This document shows positions 18,359-29,737 of a stretch of 64,000 nt of DNA, piece by piece. Each line of letters starts with the position of its first letter. The stretch's first letter is position 1. The stretch spans positions 290 through 64,289 of the forward strand of contig JAJDOJ010000164.1 in NCBI GenBank assembly GCA_022340215.1, read 5' to 3'. The position numbers and the translations under genes were made by a program. The notes beneath the pieces are model-generated. The model was not told the DNA's origin. It was given only the letters and a program-made list of their open reading frames with translations, and searched no databases. This stretch comes from Gammaproteobacteria bacterium. GTDB taxonomy: Bacteria > Pseudomonadota > Gammaproteobacteria > JAJDOJ01.

Positions 18359-19189
18359 TTACAGGCGATTCGCCGATCCCTGTTCCCGGCCAAACAACCG
18401 ACGCAGCCAACCGCCGGCCCGGGCAGCTGTAGCAGACGAATCCTGGACCAGTCCTTCCGGGAACGGTACGGCGTCGGGAGGCGCGTCCTCGAGGATGGCC
18501 CCTGGGCGACCCACCACCATCCTGAGCGCCTCCTCCTCCCCGACCCGCTCGGCCGCCGCATCCCGTCCCTCGGCAAGAAGTGGCGCCCGGTTTCCGAGGT
18601 TGTGCGCATCGGTGGCGAGGACGTGTACGACACCTTCATCCAGCATGCGCTCCGACCAGCGGCGCACACGCCGTCCGAAGCGGCCCGTCAGGCTGCCTGC
18701 CGTGAGCTGCAGCCAGGCGCCGCCCCTGGCGGCGTGGATGAACAGCTCATAGTGGTCCTCGATCCAGCGCAACCTTTCCGGGTGGGTGATCAGCGGGACG
18801 TAACCGGCGGCGAGGACGTTGAAAACGGATTCCGCGAAACGCGGGGGGGCAACATGGTGAGGCGGCTCGAAAAGGAAATACCGGCTGCCATTCAGGGTCG
18901 GTATACGCCCGGCCCTCAACCCCTCCACCAGATCCGGCACGAGGTGCGTGTCGGCGCCGAAGGTCAGGCGCAGCGGAATCCCTGCCTCAGCTAGTCGCTC
19001 CCTGAATCGCGTCACGGCCCTGCGAATCCCCTGCGCATCGTTCTCGTAGACGCCCGGGTAGATGTGCGGGGTACAAGCCACCTGGGTGATTCCGTCTCCC
19101 ACCGCCACCCGGGCCATTTCCAGCGCCGTGTCAAGGTCCGAAGCGCCGTCGTCGATACCTGGTAACAGGTGGCAGTGAAGGTCTATCAT
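18359..19189 (-). CDS. PHP-family (CpsB/YwqE-type) manganese-dependent protein-tyrosine phosphatase
   Basis: MIDLHCHLLPGIDDGA N-terminal signature plus downstream His/Asp metal ligands (THPER, ATDAHN). The ORF extends to 19303, but homologs begin at MIDLH. Confidence 0.7.
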   Translation of the reverse strand: MIDLHCHLLPGIDDGASDLDTALEMARVAVGDGITQVACTPHIYPGVYENDAQGIRRAVTRFRERLAEAGIPLRLTFGADTHLVPDLVEGLRAGRIPTLNGSRYFLFEPPHHVAPPRFAESVFNVLAAGYVPLITHPERLRWIEDHYELFIHAARGGAWLQLTAGSLTGRFGRRVRRWSERMLDEGVVHVLATDAHNLGNRAPLLAEGRDAAAERVGEEEALRMVVGRPGAILEDAPPDAVPFPEGLVQDSSATAARAGGWLRRLFGREQGSANRL

Positions 19190-19455
19190 CGTTTGGGTTT
19201 CCCGCCGCTGCGTGGTAACAGGTTCGCTCCCTGGGTTACGATCATCGATCGAATGACGGCTACACCACCCCTGCTCCCGGACAGGATGCGATTCACGCCA
19301 CAACCGTAGTGGGATGAGTATAGAGGAACCGGCCCGGGCTGTACCGTTTCGAACGACCCTATCGTCACGGAACGCGGCGCAAATCCGGTGTCGGATGCGG
19401 TCCGATCCTCACCGATCCTGACCCGGACACTCATCGAGGAATGATAAGGTGCAGG

Positions 19456-19821
19456 TTATCTCGCCACGTACATCGATTCGGCGTTCGACAGTTTGATCCA
19501 CCCGATCGCGATCCGGTAGATCAGCCAGAGGTATGCCAGGGTCAGGACCAGGTAACCCACCAGAATAACCACGGTGACCGTTCCCAGCACCGTCCAAAGG
19601 ACGCTGTACCAGAAGGTGCGGATCTGCCAGCGATAGTGGGAATCGACCCAGCTATCTCTGACCTCGCCACGGGTCACATAGTTGATGATCACGCCGATCA
19701 ACATCGGGATACCCGTGACCAGCGCCACCGCCTGAAGGGCGTAGACGACATGCGCCAGCGTCCTCCCCGTCGCCGGGGACACATCGGTCACTTCGACCGT
19801 TTGCATTTCATTGTCGCTCAT
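19456..19821 (-). CDS. Small integral membrane protein (DUF4870-like)
   Basis: Two or three hydrophobic helices. Motif INYVTRGEVRDSWVDSHYRWQIRTFWYSVLW matches the conserved-loop pattern of that family. Confidence 0.55.
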   Translation of the reverse strand: MSDNEMQTVEVTDVSPATGRTLAHVVYALQAVALVTGIPMLIGVIINYVTRGEVRDSWVDSHYRWQIRTFWYSVLWTVLGTVTVVILVGYLVLTLAYLWLIYRIAIGWIKLSNAESMYVAR

Positions 19822-19921
19822 TAGAACTCCGAGGGTTCGGGTAGGGTTAAGGTCGCGGCTCCGTGGTGTGGGTGTCGGCCCGGGAAGCGCCGACGCACCC
19901 CGGCACCCTCACCGGCGGCCT

Positions 19922-20995
19922 TTAGGGGGTCTGTTCCAGTATCACACCGCTGCCCGGGGCCTGGTACAGGTCAATGCGATCAAGGTGCGGGATCACGTTG
20001 GCCAGCCGAGTGAAGATCCAGCGGGCGATACCCGCCGGGTCCGTCGAGCCAATGTCGTCGATCTCGTCCAGCCGCCGGTGGTCAAGGAGATCATACACGG
20101 GACCGAACAGCGCCTTGACGTCGCCATAGTCAACGGTCCAGCCCATGAGCGGATCCAGTTGGGTGGTCAGATAGAGCCGTACCCGATAGCTGTGCCCATG
20201 AAGCCGGCGGCGGGGATCCCGCGAAGGCGCGTTGCCAAGACGCAGTGCGCTCTCGAACCGGCGTTCCTTCCAGATCCGATGGTTCGTCCCGTCGAAGTGG
20301 CAACCCGCCGTGGTCGTTTCGTACACGGTGACACGGGACAGCGATGGCACGGGAGGTTTGATCCGTCCCCAGATCCAGGTTGCGATCAACTCACTGGTCG
20401 GGTTCTCGAGACCGGGAAGGTCGTTGAGACAGCCATGGTCGAGTTCACGGAAGAGTGCACCCCATTCCCGGTCCAGCGCGGCCTCCTCGAGCCGGCACTC
20501 CACCTCGTCCAGGGAATGGCGGGTCCGCAGGTCGACATCGAAACCGTGCCCGTGCATGCGCCCGCAGGGGTGTCCGGGCGGCACGTTCGGCAGGCGGTGG
20601 GCGGCCTCGAAACGGACACGTCGCCACGCATGAACCGCGCTTCCGGGTTTGTAATCGATGCCGGAAGTCGGAGCGCCTCGGACGCTGACCCGGACGATCC
20701 CCGGCACGTCGATCCGCCTGGAGATCCAGCGCGCCAGATTCTCGTCGGTGGGCGTATCGAGGCGTTCGTTGAGCAGGGAATAGTCCAGCGGTTCCACGCT
20801 GCGCACCAGGGACCTCTCAAGCGCGGCGGACTCGTCGCCCGGAAAGCGGCCCCAGCCCGACGGAAGGTTCGCCCGAACCCGCGACAGAAAACTGTGGCCG
20901 TGCAGCCCCCTCTCGGAGCGATCGAACGAAGTACCGTCCAGACGGCGTGCAGCCTCGAACGGTGCATGTGCGGTATACAGCAGGAATTCTTTCAC
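19922..20995 (-). CDS. 6-pyruvoyl-tetrahydropterin synthase / QueD-family protein with three tandem PTPS-like modules
   Basis: Three repeats carry the Zn/catalytic signature: FDRSE-RGLHGHSF, FEAAHRL...CGRMHGHGF, FESALRL...RRRLHGHSY. 357 aa, about three times a PTPS domain. Confidence 0.65.
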   Translation of the reverse strand: MKEFLLYTAHAPFEAARRLDGTSFDRSERGLHGHSFLSRVRANLPSGWGRFPGDESAALERSLVRSVEPLDYSLLNERLDTPTDENLARWISRRIDVPGIVRVSVRGAPTSGIDYKPGSAVHAWRRVRFEAAHRLPNVPPGHPCGRMHGHGFDVDLRTRHSLDEVECRLEEAALDREWGALFRELDHGCLNDLPGLENPTSELIATWIWGRIKPPVPSLSRVTVYETTTAGCHFDGTNHRIWKERRFESALRLGNAPSRDPRRRLHGHSYRVRLYLTTQLDPLMGWTVDYGDVKALFGPVYDLLDHRRLDEIDDIGSTDPAGIARWIFTRLANVIPHLDRIDLYQAPGSGVILEQTP

Positions 20996-21066
20996 GATTC
21001 GAAAGACTACATCAGATCGGCCGTTCTCCAGTACGCCCAGCCGGATGCCGCGCAGGCGCTATGAAT

Positions 21067-21657
21067 TCAGGTTGCGATCATGACCAGCGAGCCGACCGGG
21101 ATCAGGTCGTAAAGTTCGATGATGTCGTCGTTCTTCATTCGAACGCAGCCGATGGAGGCGGATTCCCCGATCAGGCCCTCCTCCAGCGTACCGTGAATGT
21201 AGACATAGCGCTCCAGCGTATCGACCCCCACACCCAGATTGAGACCGGGCTCGAGTCCCCGGAGTTGCAGTATCCTGCTGGTGACGGCGTCTTCGCGTCT
21301 GCCCTCGTGGGTGGAGATGATTTCCCCGATCTTCCCGGTGGGCTTTCTGCCCTTGAATATTGACGCCTTCGGTGTGCCGTCACCGATCTTCGCGACGATC
21401 CGGTGCGCGCCCATCGGCGTCTTGTAGCTTCCCTCCACGCTGCCGGTGCCGAAACGCGACGTGGATACCGCGTAATCCCGCACGACATCCCCGACCTCGA
21501 ACAGGAAAAGCCGCTGTTCGCCGATGGATACGAGCAGCACAAATTTCACCTGGGGCGTATCGAAACGATAGGTCAGGAGACGAACCAAACGCCGGTAGCG
21601 CCTGTCGGGCCTCGGGCGAGCCACAGCGATCGTACCGGTGTTTTCAATCATCTTCAC
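21067..21657 (-). CDS. L,D-transpeptidase (YkuD domain)
   Basis: Catalytic motif HGT...[11 protein letters not shown]. Confidence 0.75.
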   Translation of the reverse strand: MKMIENTGTIAVARPRPDRRYRRLVRLLTYRFDTPQVKFVLLVSIGEQRLFLFEVGDVVRDYAVSTSRFGTGSVEGSYKTPMGAHRIVAKIGDGTPKASIFKGRKPTGKIGEIISTHEGRREDAVTSRILQLRGLEPGLNLGVGVDTLERYVYIHGTLEEGLIGESASIGCVRMKNDDIIELYDLIPVGSLVMIAT

Positions 21658-23165
21658 GCATCGTTGTGGAGATCGATCCCCGCGTATTCCTTTTCGTGCC
21701 CCGACTTGGCGTCGTCGTTGCGCTGGGCCTCGAGATGTTCGAGATACCCGTCACTGATCCGGGTGACGTACTCTCCGGTGAATACCGAACAGTCGAACTG
21801 GGTAATGGAGGGATTCCCCTTGCGCACCGATATCACCAGGTCATCCAGTTCCTGATAGAGCAGCCGGTCCGCCCCGATGGCCTTGCGCACCTCTTCCTCG
21901 GAACGCCCGTGGGCAATGAGTTCACTGGCGGCGGGCATGTCGATCCCGTAGACGTTAGGGTAGCGGATTGGTGGAGATGCCGAGGCAAAATAGACCTTGC
22001 GAGCCCCAGCGTCCCTGGCCATTTGCACGATCTCCCTCGAGGTCGTACCACGCACGATCGAGTCGTCCACCAGTACGACGTTCTTGCCCTTAAACTCGAG
22101 ACCGATGGGGTTGAGCTTCTGGCGCACCGACTTCTTGCGCTGCTTCTGTCCTGGCATGATAAACGTCCTTCCGATGTAGCGGTTCTTTATGAATCCCTCA
22201 CGAAATTTCACACCCAGCCGGAAGGCCAGCTCCTGCGCCGCCGTACGGCTGGTATCGGGAATGGGAATCACCACATCGATATCGTGATTCGGCCATTCCT
22301 TCAACAGCTTCTTGCCCAGGCGTTTTCCCATCCGCATCCGCGCCTTGTGAACGGAGATGTCGTCGATAACCGAGTCCGGCCGGGAAAAATAGACGTGCTC
22401 AAATATACAGGGGACATGTTTCGGGTCTTCCGCGCATTGTGCCGTGTGGACCTCGAAGTCCGTATCGATGTAAATGGCCTCGCCTGGCAGGATGTCCCTG
22501 ACGAGTTCGAAGCCCAGCACGTCAAGCGCCACGCTCTCCGATGCAACGATGTACTCCGGCCCGGAACGTGTTTCGCGGCTACCGAAGACAACGGGCCGGA
22601 TTCCATTGGGGTCGCGAAACGCGAGTACCCCGTACCTGGCCATCATGGCAACGACGGCGTAGGCCCCGACGCAACGTCTGTGCACCTCGGATACCGCGGC
22701 GAACACCGCGTCCGAATCCAGTGACAGTCCGCCGCTTCGGGAAAGCTCCTGGGCGAAGACGTTGAGCAGGATCTCCGAGTCCGAGTCGGTATTGATGTGT
22801 CTGCGGTCCTGCCGGAAGAGTTCTCCCCTGAGATCCCCCGCGTTGGTGAGATTCCCGTTGTGCCCAAGCGAGATTCCGTAGGGAGAATTCACGTAGAACG
22901 GCTGGGATTCCGACGATGCGGAACTGCCCGCGGTCGGATATCGCAAATGACCGATTCCCATGTTTCCGGTCAGGCGCTGCATGTGCCTTTCCTGGAACAC
23001 GTCCCTGACCAATCCCTTGGCCTTGCGCAGATTGAGACGCTTCTGACCCTGATCGTAGGTCACGATACCCGCAGCATCCTGTCCTCGATGCTGCAGTATG
23101 GTCAAACCGTCATACAGGGCCTGATTGACCGGCTTGCGGCCGACTATACCGATGATACCGCACAT
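21654..23165 (-). CDS. purF: Amidophosphoribosyltransferase
   Basis: [10 protein letters not shown]-terminal Cys nucleophile. 503 aa with the PRTase domain. Confidence 0.9.
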   Translation of the reverse strand: MCGIIGIVGRKPVNQALYDGLTILQHRGQDAAGIVTYDQGQKRLNLRKAKGLVRDVFQERHMQRLTGNMGIGHLRYPTAGSSASSESQPFYVNSPYGISLGHNGNLTNAGDLRGELFRQDRRHINTDSDSEILLNVFAQELSRSGGLSLDSDAVFAAVSEVHRRCVGAYAVVAMMARYGVLAFRDPNGIRPVVFGSRETRSGPEYIVASESVALDVLGFELVRDILPGEAIYIDTDFEVHTAQCAEDPKHVPCIFEHVYFSRPDSVIDDISVHKARMRMGKRLGKKLLKEWPNHDIDVVIPIPDTSRTAAQELAFRLGVKFREGFIKNRYIGRTFIMPGQKQRKKSVRQKLNPIGLEFKGKNVVLVDDSIVRGTTSREIVQMARDAGARKVYFASASPPIRYPNVYGIDMPAASELIAHGRSEEEVRKAIGADRLLYQELDDLVISVRKGNPSITQFDCSVFTGEYVTRISDGYLEHLEAQRNDDAKSGHEKEYAGIDLHNDA

Positions 23166-23212
23166 AGGTTTTTAGTCCGGGTCGGAGGCAACGGGGATCG
23201 ACTGGCACCGCG

Positions 23213-23740
23213 TCAACGAAACGAAAAGTACTCGGCATACTTGTCCGGAAGACGCTCGATGACCCGGAACGCGATCGCCTCGAAATGATCGACGAGCGTG
23301 GAATCCTGCCACCATGGGGTCTCGGGAAACCGGGTAAGGCCTCCTGCCATCACGAGAACAACGACAATAATAACACCACGAACCACACCGAAGATTAATC
23401 CCAGCCCCCTGTCCGCCAGATTGAGCGAACCGCGCATCAGGTAGCGCCCGATCACATAGTTCAGGACCGCGCCGACGATCAGCGTGAGCACGACTATCAG
23501 CGTGAAAACGATCCCGACACGCAGATTCCTGACGGTAACCTGGGTCTCGCCCAGAGCGAGGTCGGCCTCGTCCATGGACGCCGGCAGCAAGGGCGCCAAT
23601 GCCCCTGAATAGGCGAATGCGAGCCACAGGGCGATGATCCAGGTCGCAAGCGCAATGAACTCCCGAACGAACCCTCGAAACACACTGACCAGCGCCGAGA
23701 GCGCGATGATCCCGACGATCCCCGCGTCAAGCCAGGACAT
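23213..23740 (-). CDS. cvpA: Colicin V production membrane protein CvpA
   Basis: Four-TM 175-aa protein located between dedD and purF, as in enterobacteria. Confidence 0.8.
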   Translation of the reverse strand: MSWLDAGIVGIIALSALVSVFRGFVREFIALATWIIALWLAFAYSGALAPLLPASMDEADLALGETQVTVRNLRVGIVFTLIVVLTLIVGAVLNYVIGRYLMRGSLNLADRGLGLIFGVVRGVIIVVVLVMAGGLTRFPETPWWQDSTLVDHFEAIAFRVIERLPDKYAEYFSFR

Positions 23741-23963
23741 TCAGCAGCCTGGCCAGGCGCCGCCAGGACCCGGTTGCGGGCACGGTAACGTCCACAGTTT
23801 CGGAAACACGCTCCAACGGGGCAAACTTGAACGAGTAAAACGCGCAGTGGCGCCGCCCCCTTACGCGGTACGTACTGTCTCTCCGGGTGGCTAGACAGGT
23901 TCCATTCGATACCCGCGACTCACCTCGCGCCACAATCTTTTCACTCATTCGTTCGGGAATCCT

Positions 23964-24635
23964 TTAGCGCTGAAGGACCACGATACCACTGAGTTTTTCC
24001 CTGGACTTCAAACGCGTGCGCGTCGTCATCGCCGCCGCCTTGTCCCTATCAGGTCCCACCTTGACGCGATACCGCCGGCTTGTCTCGCTCCCGACGGGTT
24101 CGATGAAGGCCCTGTACCCCGAAGCTTCCAATTTCGCCGCCAAGGTTTCAGCGTTCTTCCTGCTGCTGAAGCTGCCGACCTGCACCACCCAGCCGCGAGG
24201 GTTTGCATGCTCCGGTGCGACCGGCGGCGTCTTCTCGCTGGGTCCCGCGGTCGTGGACCCGGCGCCTGGCGCTTCGTTTGACGTGGCGCTGACCTCTGCC
24301 CTCTTTGCTGCATCTTCTGTCGGGGACTCGAGCGCTTTCGCCTGCTCAGAAATGCGTGGCGCATCACCGGTCACCGAAACAGCGTCTGCAGAGGCACCCT
24401 GACCAGACACCTGCGGTTCGACTGCTGGAGCCACGGGTGGGATCACGTCCCGTCGCGCATCCGACAGGGTGGGCAGGGAACGGGAAAAGGTGAACTCCGG
24501 CTCGGGCGGAATCTCCGCACCACCAGAGCGGCGCTCACGCCAGCCCGTACCGTCGAGTAGCACCGGTACGAAAATGACCGCCAGCGCGATGAGCACCACC
24601 GCGCCGATCAAGCGCTGTTTAAGGAGAATGTCCAT
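23964..24635 (-). CDS. dedD: SPOR-domain cell-division protein DedD
   Basis: N-terminal TM, low-complexity linker, C-terminal SPOR motif GWVVQVGSFSSRKNAETLAAKLEASGYRAF. Confidence 0.75.
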   Translation of the reverse strand: MDILLKQRLIGAVVLIALAVIFVPVLLDGTGWRERRSGGAEIPPEPEFTFSRSLPTLSDARRDVIPPVAPAVEPQVSGQGASADAVSVTGDAPRISEQAKALESPTEDAAKRAEVSATSNEAPGAGSTTAGPSEKTPPVAPEHANPRGWVVQVGSFSSRKNAETLAAKLEASGYRAFIEPVGSETSRRYRVKVGPDRDKAAAMTTRTRLKSREKLSGIVVLQR

Positions 24636-24724
24636 GGAACAGTCCGAGAGTCCCGCGCAGAATGACGCGATGCGTCAGTTTTTCCGGATACCGGTTATAT
24701 GGTAACTTGCAAGCCGTACCAGGC

Positions 24725-25990
24725 TCAATCCGCCAGTGCGGCCATGAGTTCTCCAACACCGAAGGCAGATCCGAAAACAACGACCCGGTCTTCGTCTCCA
24801 GCCCGCGCCATCGCGTCGGTGTACGCCCCGACGATGTCACGGTAGCATGTTACTTTCACACCCGTCACACGGGCGAGCAGAATTTCACGGATAGCTTCCG
24901 CCGCCAGCCCTCGGTCGCTGCCCAACGTCGCAACGAACCACTTGCCGAAACGGCCCCCGACCGCGTCGACGATGCCGGCCACGTCCTTGTCGGCGAGCAC
25001 GGTGAACACCGCCAGATCTGCACCGGGAACCGGGCGGGCGTCCAGATCCGCGGCGAGGCCCGCGGCGGCCGCGGGATTGTGGGCGATATCCGCCACCACA
25101 TTCCCTTCGGTCCCCAGGTGATCGAATCGCCCTGGCAAACGCACCGCGCGCAACCCCGCGTGGATTGCCCCCGGTTCAAGCGGAAACTCGTCCACCAGGG
25201 CGTCCAGCGCCATCAGGACCGCGGCGGCATTGTCCGTCTGCCGCGAGCCCCTCAATGCCGGATACGGAAGCCCCCTGCGCTCGGCATCGAGACCAATCAG
25301 ATTCCAGGTCTCGGCATCGCGGCGGACACCGAAGTCCCTGCCGGATACACGCAGATCGCAACGCATCCCGGCTGCGATCGATAGCAGGCTCTGCGGTGGC
25401 GCAGCGTCACCGCACACGACACGGATCCCCCGGCGCATGATACCCGCCTTCTCCCTGCCGATGGACTCCCGATCGTCCCCGAGCCATTCCTGGTGATCGA
25501 GATCCACACTGGCGATCACGGCGACGTCCGGGTCGACGACGTTGACCGCGTCGAGCCGTCCGCCCAGTCCGACCTCGAGGATCGCGACATCCAGTCGCGC
25601 GTCTTCGAACAACAGCAGCGCGGACAGGGTTCCAAACTCAAACTCACTCAGGCTCGTCCCATCACGTGCCTGATCTACCGCCCGGAAGGCACCAATCAGC
25701 GCCTCGTCCGATACTTCGCGGCCGGCGATCCGTATCCGTTCGTTGTAGCGAACCAGGTGAGGCGAGGTGTATGCACCGACCCGGTACCCACTCGAACGTA
25801 GGATGGCTTCAGCCAGAGCGACACAGGAACCCTTTCCATTGGTTCCGCCGACCGTGATGACGCGCCCGGCCGGGCGCGTCAGTCCCAGTCGGCCAGCCAC
25901 GGCCGCAACACGTGAAAGACCCAGATCGATCTTCCTGGGATGAAGCTGGCGCTGCCAGTCAAACCATTCCGATAGCGTTCGGGCCATCAC
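24725..25990 (-). CDS. folC: Bifunctional folylpolyglutamate synthase / dihydrofolate synthase
   Basis: P-loop VGGTNGKGS, 421 aa, sits between accD and dedD. Confidence 0.88.
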   Translation of the reverse strand: MMARTLSEWFDWQRQLHPRKIDLGLSRVAAVAGRLGLTRPAGRVITVGGTNGKGSCVALAEAILRSSGYRVGAYTSPHLVRYNERIRIAGREVSDEALIGAFRAVDQARDGTSLSEFEFGTLSALLLFEDARLDVAILEVGLGGRLDAVNVVDPDVAVIASVDLDHQEWLGDDRESIGREKAGIMRRGIRVVCGDAAPPQSLLSIAAGMRCDLRVSGRDFGVRRDAETWNLIGLDAERRGLPYPALRGSRQTDNAAAVLMALDALVDEFPLEPGAIHAGLRAVRLPGRFDHLGTEGNVVADIAHNPAAAAGLAADLDARPVPGADLAVFTVLADKDVAGIVDAVGGRFGKWFVATLGSDRGLAAEAIREILLARVTGVKVTCYRDIVGAYTDAMARAGDEDRVVVFGSAFGVGELMAALAD

Positions 25991-26045
25991 CGGCAGACTC
26001 CGCCGTCGTCAGGGGCGGCGATACAGCGTCGGCACGCGGGGCCCC

Positions 26046-26915
26046 TCAGATACCCTTGGCGACCGGTTGCCGCATCATCATCGTCACGAGATTGACCACC
26101 GTCTCGCGCATGTCCCTACGATCCACGATCATGTCGATCGCGCCGTGATCGAGCAGAAACTCGCTGCGCTGGAAGCCCGTTGGAAGCTTCTCGCGTACGG
26201 TCTGTTCGATGACGCGGGGACCGGCAAATCCGATCAGTGCATTGGGTTCGGCGATATGGATGTCACCCAGCATCGCCAGACTGGCGGACACCCCCCCCAT
26301 CGTCGGATCCGTCATCACGGAGATGAACGGCAGCTTCGCCCTCGACATTCTCGCCAGCGCAGCGCTGGTCTTGGCCATCTGTAACAATGAAATCAGGGCT
26401 TCCTGCATCCTTGCGCCCCCACTGGCGGTAAAGCACACCAGGGGCAGTCCGGTGACCATCGCCGCATTGACGGCGCGCACGAAACGCTCCCCCACGACCG
26501 AACCCATGGAGCCCCCCATGAATTTAAACTCGAAAGCGGCACTCACGAGCGGGACCCCCATGACCGCACCCTTGATGACGACGAGCGCGTCCTTTTCTTC
26601 CGTCGCCTTCTGCGCTGCGTGGAGCCGATCCTTGTACTTCCTGCTGTCCTTGAATTTAAGGATGTCGTGCGGTTCGATCTCTTGGCCGATCTCTTCCCGG
26701 GGTTCCTGATCGAGAAAGGTATCGAGCCGGCGCCTGGCCCCGATTCGCATGTGGCTGCCGCACTTCGGGCAGACCTCGATATTTCGTTCCAGTTCCGCCC
26801 GGTACAGGATCGCATCGCAGGTGCCGCACTTCTCCCACAGGCCTTCGGGGACCTTTCGCTTCGCGCTGCCATCCGTGCGAATCCGGGTCGGCATCAACTT
26901 TTCGAACCAGCTCAT
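26046..26915 (-). CDS. accD: Acetyl-CoA carboxylase carboxyltransferase beta subunit
   Basis: Zn-ribbon CGTC...CPKC at the N-terminus plus the carboxyltransferase domain. Confidence 0.9.
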   Translation of the reverse strand: MSWFEKLMPTRIRTDGSAKRKVPEGLWEKCGTCDAILYRAELERNIEVCPKCGSHMRIGARRRLDTFLDQEPREEIGQEIEPHDILKFKDSRKYKDRLHAAQKATEEKDALVVIKGAVMGVPLVSAAFEFKFMGGSMGSVVGERFVRAVNAAMVTGLPLVCFTASGGARMQEALISLLQMAKTSAALARMSRAKLPFISVMTDPTMGGVSASLAMLGDIHIAEPNALIGFAGPRVIEQTVREKLPTGFQRSEFLLDHGAIDMIVDRRDMRETVVNLVTMMMRQPVAKGI

Positions 26916-27003
26916 AAACTGTTACCCATGGAAGGGAGAGGGGGGGGAAAGGGGAACTCGGGAAATCGACGTCGCGGCCGCGCCCACTATCTGCTGTCGC
27001 GAA

Positions 27004-27831
27004 TCAGGCAGCGTCCTCACCGGGAGAATTCGCGTCCATCGCCGCACGCATCGACGACAACAGACCACCGACATGCTCCCTGATCATTGCCGCATCACCG
27101 GCATTGGCCGCCACCAGATTCACGATCGCGCTGCCGACCACGACCGCATCCGCGATTCGTGCGACCTGCGCGGCGGTTTCCGGATCCTTGATGCCGAAAC
27201 CCACACCGATGGGCAGGTCCGACAGCTTGCGCACGATCTCCAATCTGCTTGCGACCGATGAGACATCCAGCGCGCTTGACCCCGTCACCCCCTTGAGAGA
27301 AACATAGTACACAAAGCCCGATGCGGCAGCGCATATTCGGGAGATCCGCCCCGAGTCGCTGGTGGGCGCAATGAGGAAAATCGGGTCGATCCGCCGGTCA
27401 TGCAACTCCACCAGCAGGTCGTGAGATTCCTCGGGCGGCAGATCAACCGTCAGCACACCATCGACTCCCGCATCGGCGGCCGATGCGGCAAGAGTCCCGT
27501 AGCCCATGACCTCGATCGGGTTGAGATACCCCATCAGCACGACCGGGGTCCGGTCGTCGCGCTGTCGGAAGTCCCTCACCATGGCCAGGACGTCGTTGAG
27601 ACTCATGTGATGCTTTAGTGCACGCTCGCACGCCGCCTGTATGACCGGGCCATCTGCCATCGGATCGGAGAAGGGCACGCCGAGTTCCAGGATGTCTGCC
27701 CCTGCATCGACCATCGCGTGCATGAGCGGTACGGTCACGCCAGGCTCCGGGTCCCCGGCGGTGATATAGGGAACCAGCGCGGTTCGCCCCCGCTGGGCGT
27801 TGCGGTCGAAGACGGCACCGATGCGGCTCAC
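27004..27831 (-). CDS. trpA: Tryptophan synthase alpha subunit
   Basis: [10 protein letters not shown]...[15 protein letters not shown]. Its start overlaps trpB by 4 nt. Confidence 0.9.
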   Translation of the reverse strand: MSRIGAVFDRNAQRGRTALVPYITAGDPEPGVTVPLMHAMVDAGADILELGVPFSDPMADGPVIQAACERALKHHMSLNDVLAMVRDFRQRDDRTPVVLMGYLNPIEVMGYGTLAASAADAGVDGVLTVDLPPEESHDLLVELHDRRIDPIFLIAPTSDSGRISRICAAASGFVYYVSLKGVTGSSALDVSSVASRLEIVRKLSDLPIGVGFGIKDPETAAQVARIADAVVVGSAIVNLVAANAGDAAMIREHVGGLLSSMRAAMDANSPGEDAA

Positions 27832-29054
27832 AGTGCGATTCCCTCGATCCTGGCGATGGTGTTGATGTCCTTGTCGCCACGACCCGAGAGGTTGACGATA
27901 ATGATCTGGTCCTCACTCATCTGCGGGGCCAGCTTGCCCGCCCAGGCCAGGGCGTGGCTACTCTCCAGGGCCGGGATGATACCTTCGTCGCGAGTCAGGT
28001 CGTGGAATCCCGCCAGTGCTTCCGTATCCGTCACGGCAACGTACTCGACCCGCCCGATGTCCTTCAACCAGGCGTGTTCGGGGCCGACCCCGGGATAGTC
28101 GAGACCGGCCGAGATGGAGTGCGTCTCGATGATCTGACCGTCCCGGTCTTCCATCAGGTAGGTCCGGTTTCCGTGCAGGACGCCCGGCTGTCCGGCACAC
28201 AGCGGTGCGGAATGCCTGCCGGTATCGAGGCCCAGTCCGGCGGCCTCGACACCGACCATTCTCACGGCCTCGTCGTCCAGAAAGGGATAGAACAGACCAA
28301 TGGCGTTGGAACCGCCGCCGACACAGGCGACCAGCGCATCCGGAAACCGCCCCACCTGCTCCTGTATCTGCACGCGCGCCTCGCGTCCGATGACGGCCTG
28401 AAGGTCCCTCACCATCACCGGATACGGATGGGGCCCCGCCACCGTGCCGATGATATAGAACGTGTCGTCCACGTTGGTTACCCAGTCGCGCATTGCCTCG
28501 TTGAGCGCGTCTTTCAGGGTGCGTGACCCCGAGGTTACCCGCACGACCTCCGCACCCAGCAGACGCATGCGGTAGACATTGGGCGCCTGTCGTTCGATGT
28601 CCTCGGCCCCCATGTACACGACGCACTCGAGACCCAACCGCGCCGCCACCGTAGCAGTGGCCACGCCATGCTGGCCCGCCCCGGTCTCGGCGATGATCCG
28701 CTTCTTGCCCATTCGCAGGGCCAGTAACGCCTGACCGACCGTGTTGTTGACCTTGTGTGCGCCGGTGTGATTAAGGTCTTCGCGCTTCAGATAGATCTGC
28801 GCGCCGCCAAGCCTGCGACTCCATCGCGCGGCGTGGTAGAGCGGACTCGGTCTGCCGACGTAGTGCGTCAGATCGGCGTCCAGTTCGGCGACAAAACCCG
28901 CGTCCTGCCGGTATCGTTCCCAGGCCAGACGGAGTTCCTCGAGCGGCTCCATCAACGTCTCGGCAACGAAACGTCCGCCATAGATACCGAAATGACCTGT
29001 CGGATCCGGTAATTGCCCCTTCAAGGGGCGGGCACTATCAATCACGTTGTGCAT
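27828..29054 (-). CDS. trpB: Tryptophan synthase beta subunit
   Basis: [12 protein letters not shown]-lysine motif, 408 aa. Confidence 0.92.
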   Translation of the reverse strand: MHNVIDSARPLKGQLPDPTGHFGIYGGRFVAETLMEPLEELRLAWERYRQDAGFVAELDADLTHYVGRPSPLYHAARWSRRLGGAQIYLKREDLNHTGAHKVNNTVGQALLALRMGKKRIIAETGAGQHGVATATVAARLGLECVVYMGAEDIERQAPNVYRMRLLGAEVVRVTSGSRTLKDALNEAMRDWVTNVDDTFYIIGTVAGPHPYPVMVRDLQAVIGREARVQIQEQVGRFPDALVACVGGGSNAIGLFYPFLDDEAVRMVGVEAAGLGLDTGRHSAPLCAGQPGVLHGNRTYLMEDRDGQIIETHSISAGLDYPGVGPEHAWLKDIGRVEYVAVTDTEALAGFHDLTRDEGIIPALESSHALAWAGKLAPQMSEDQIIIVNLSGRGDKDINTIARIEGIAL

Positions 29055-29682
29055 CGATTCGCTGTACCTCCCGGCAGAATGCCGCCATCTTCTCCGGATC
29101 CTTCATCCCTTTTCCGGATTCCACTCCGCTGCTTACGTCCACACCCCAGGGTACGGTTTCGTGTATCGCCGCTGCCACGTTGTCGGGGGACAATCCCCCG
29201 GCAAGGATCAGCACTTGCGACGAACGCCTCGGCCAGCTCGACCAGTCGAAGGTCTCACCTGAGCCACCCGCCGCGCCGCTGGCATGGCTGTCGAGCAGGA
29301 ATCCGCTCGCGTCCCGGTAGCGACCTGTGTATTCGTCGAAATCCACAGCATCGCGCATCGGCACCGCCTTGATGTAGGGTCTGCCGAAACTGCTGCAGAA
29401 TTCGGGGGATTCGGCGCCGTGGAACTGCAGCAGATCCAGCGGTACGGCCTCGAGCACCTTATCGACGGCCGCCTTGCCGGCATCGAGAAAGAGGCCGACC
29501 GTCGTCAGGAACGGCGGCGCCGAACGCACCAGCATCCAGGCCGTTTCCAGCGTCAGGTTGCGCGGGGACGGCGCATAGAATACCAGACCGATGGCGTCGG
29601 CTCCCAGGTACCCCGCAATCCTCACATCCTCTTCTCGGGTCATCCCGCAGATCTTTATCCGTGTGCGTCTGGATTCGTTCAT
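29038..29682 (-). CDS. trpF: N-(5'-phosphoribosyl)anthranilate isomerase
   Basis: TRIKICGMT start region. The ORF extends to 29895, but the family starts at [13 protein letters not shown]. It overlaps trpB. Confidence 0.8.
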   Translation of the reverse strand: MNESRRTRIKICGMTREEDVRIAGYLGADAIGLVFYAPSPRNLTLETAWMLVRSAPPFLTTVGLFLDAGKAAVDKVLEAVPLDLLQFHGAESPEFCSSFGRPYIKAVPMRDAVDFDEYTGRYRDASGFLLDSHASGAAGGSGETFDWSSWPRRSSQVLILAGGLSPDNVAAAIHETVPWGVDVSSGVESGKGMKDPEKMAAFCREVQRIDAQRD

Positions 29683-29737
29683 CGTGCTATCGGATTCGTT
29701 CAGGTGACCCGCCCGGGGAGCGAACGCGGGTAGCGCC

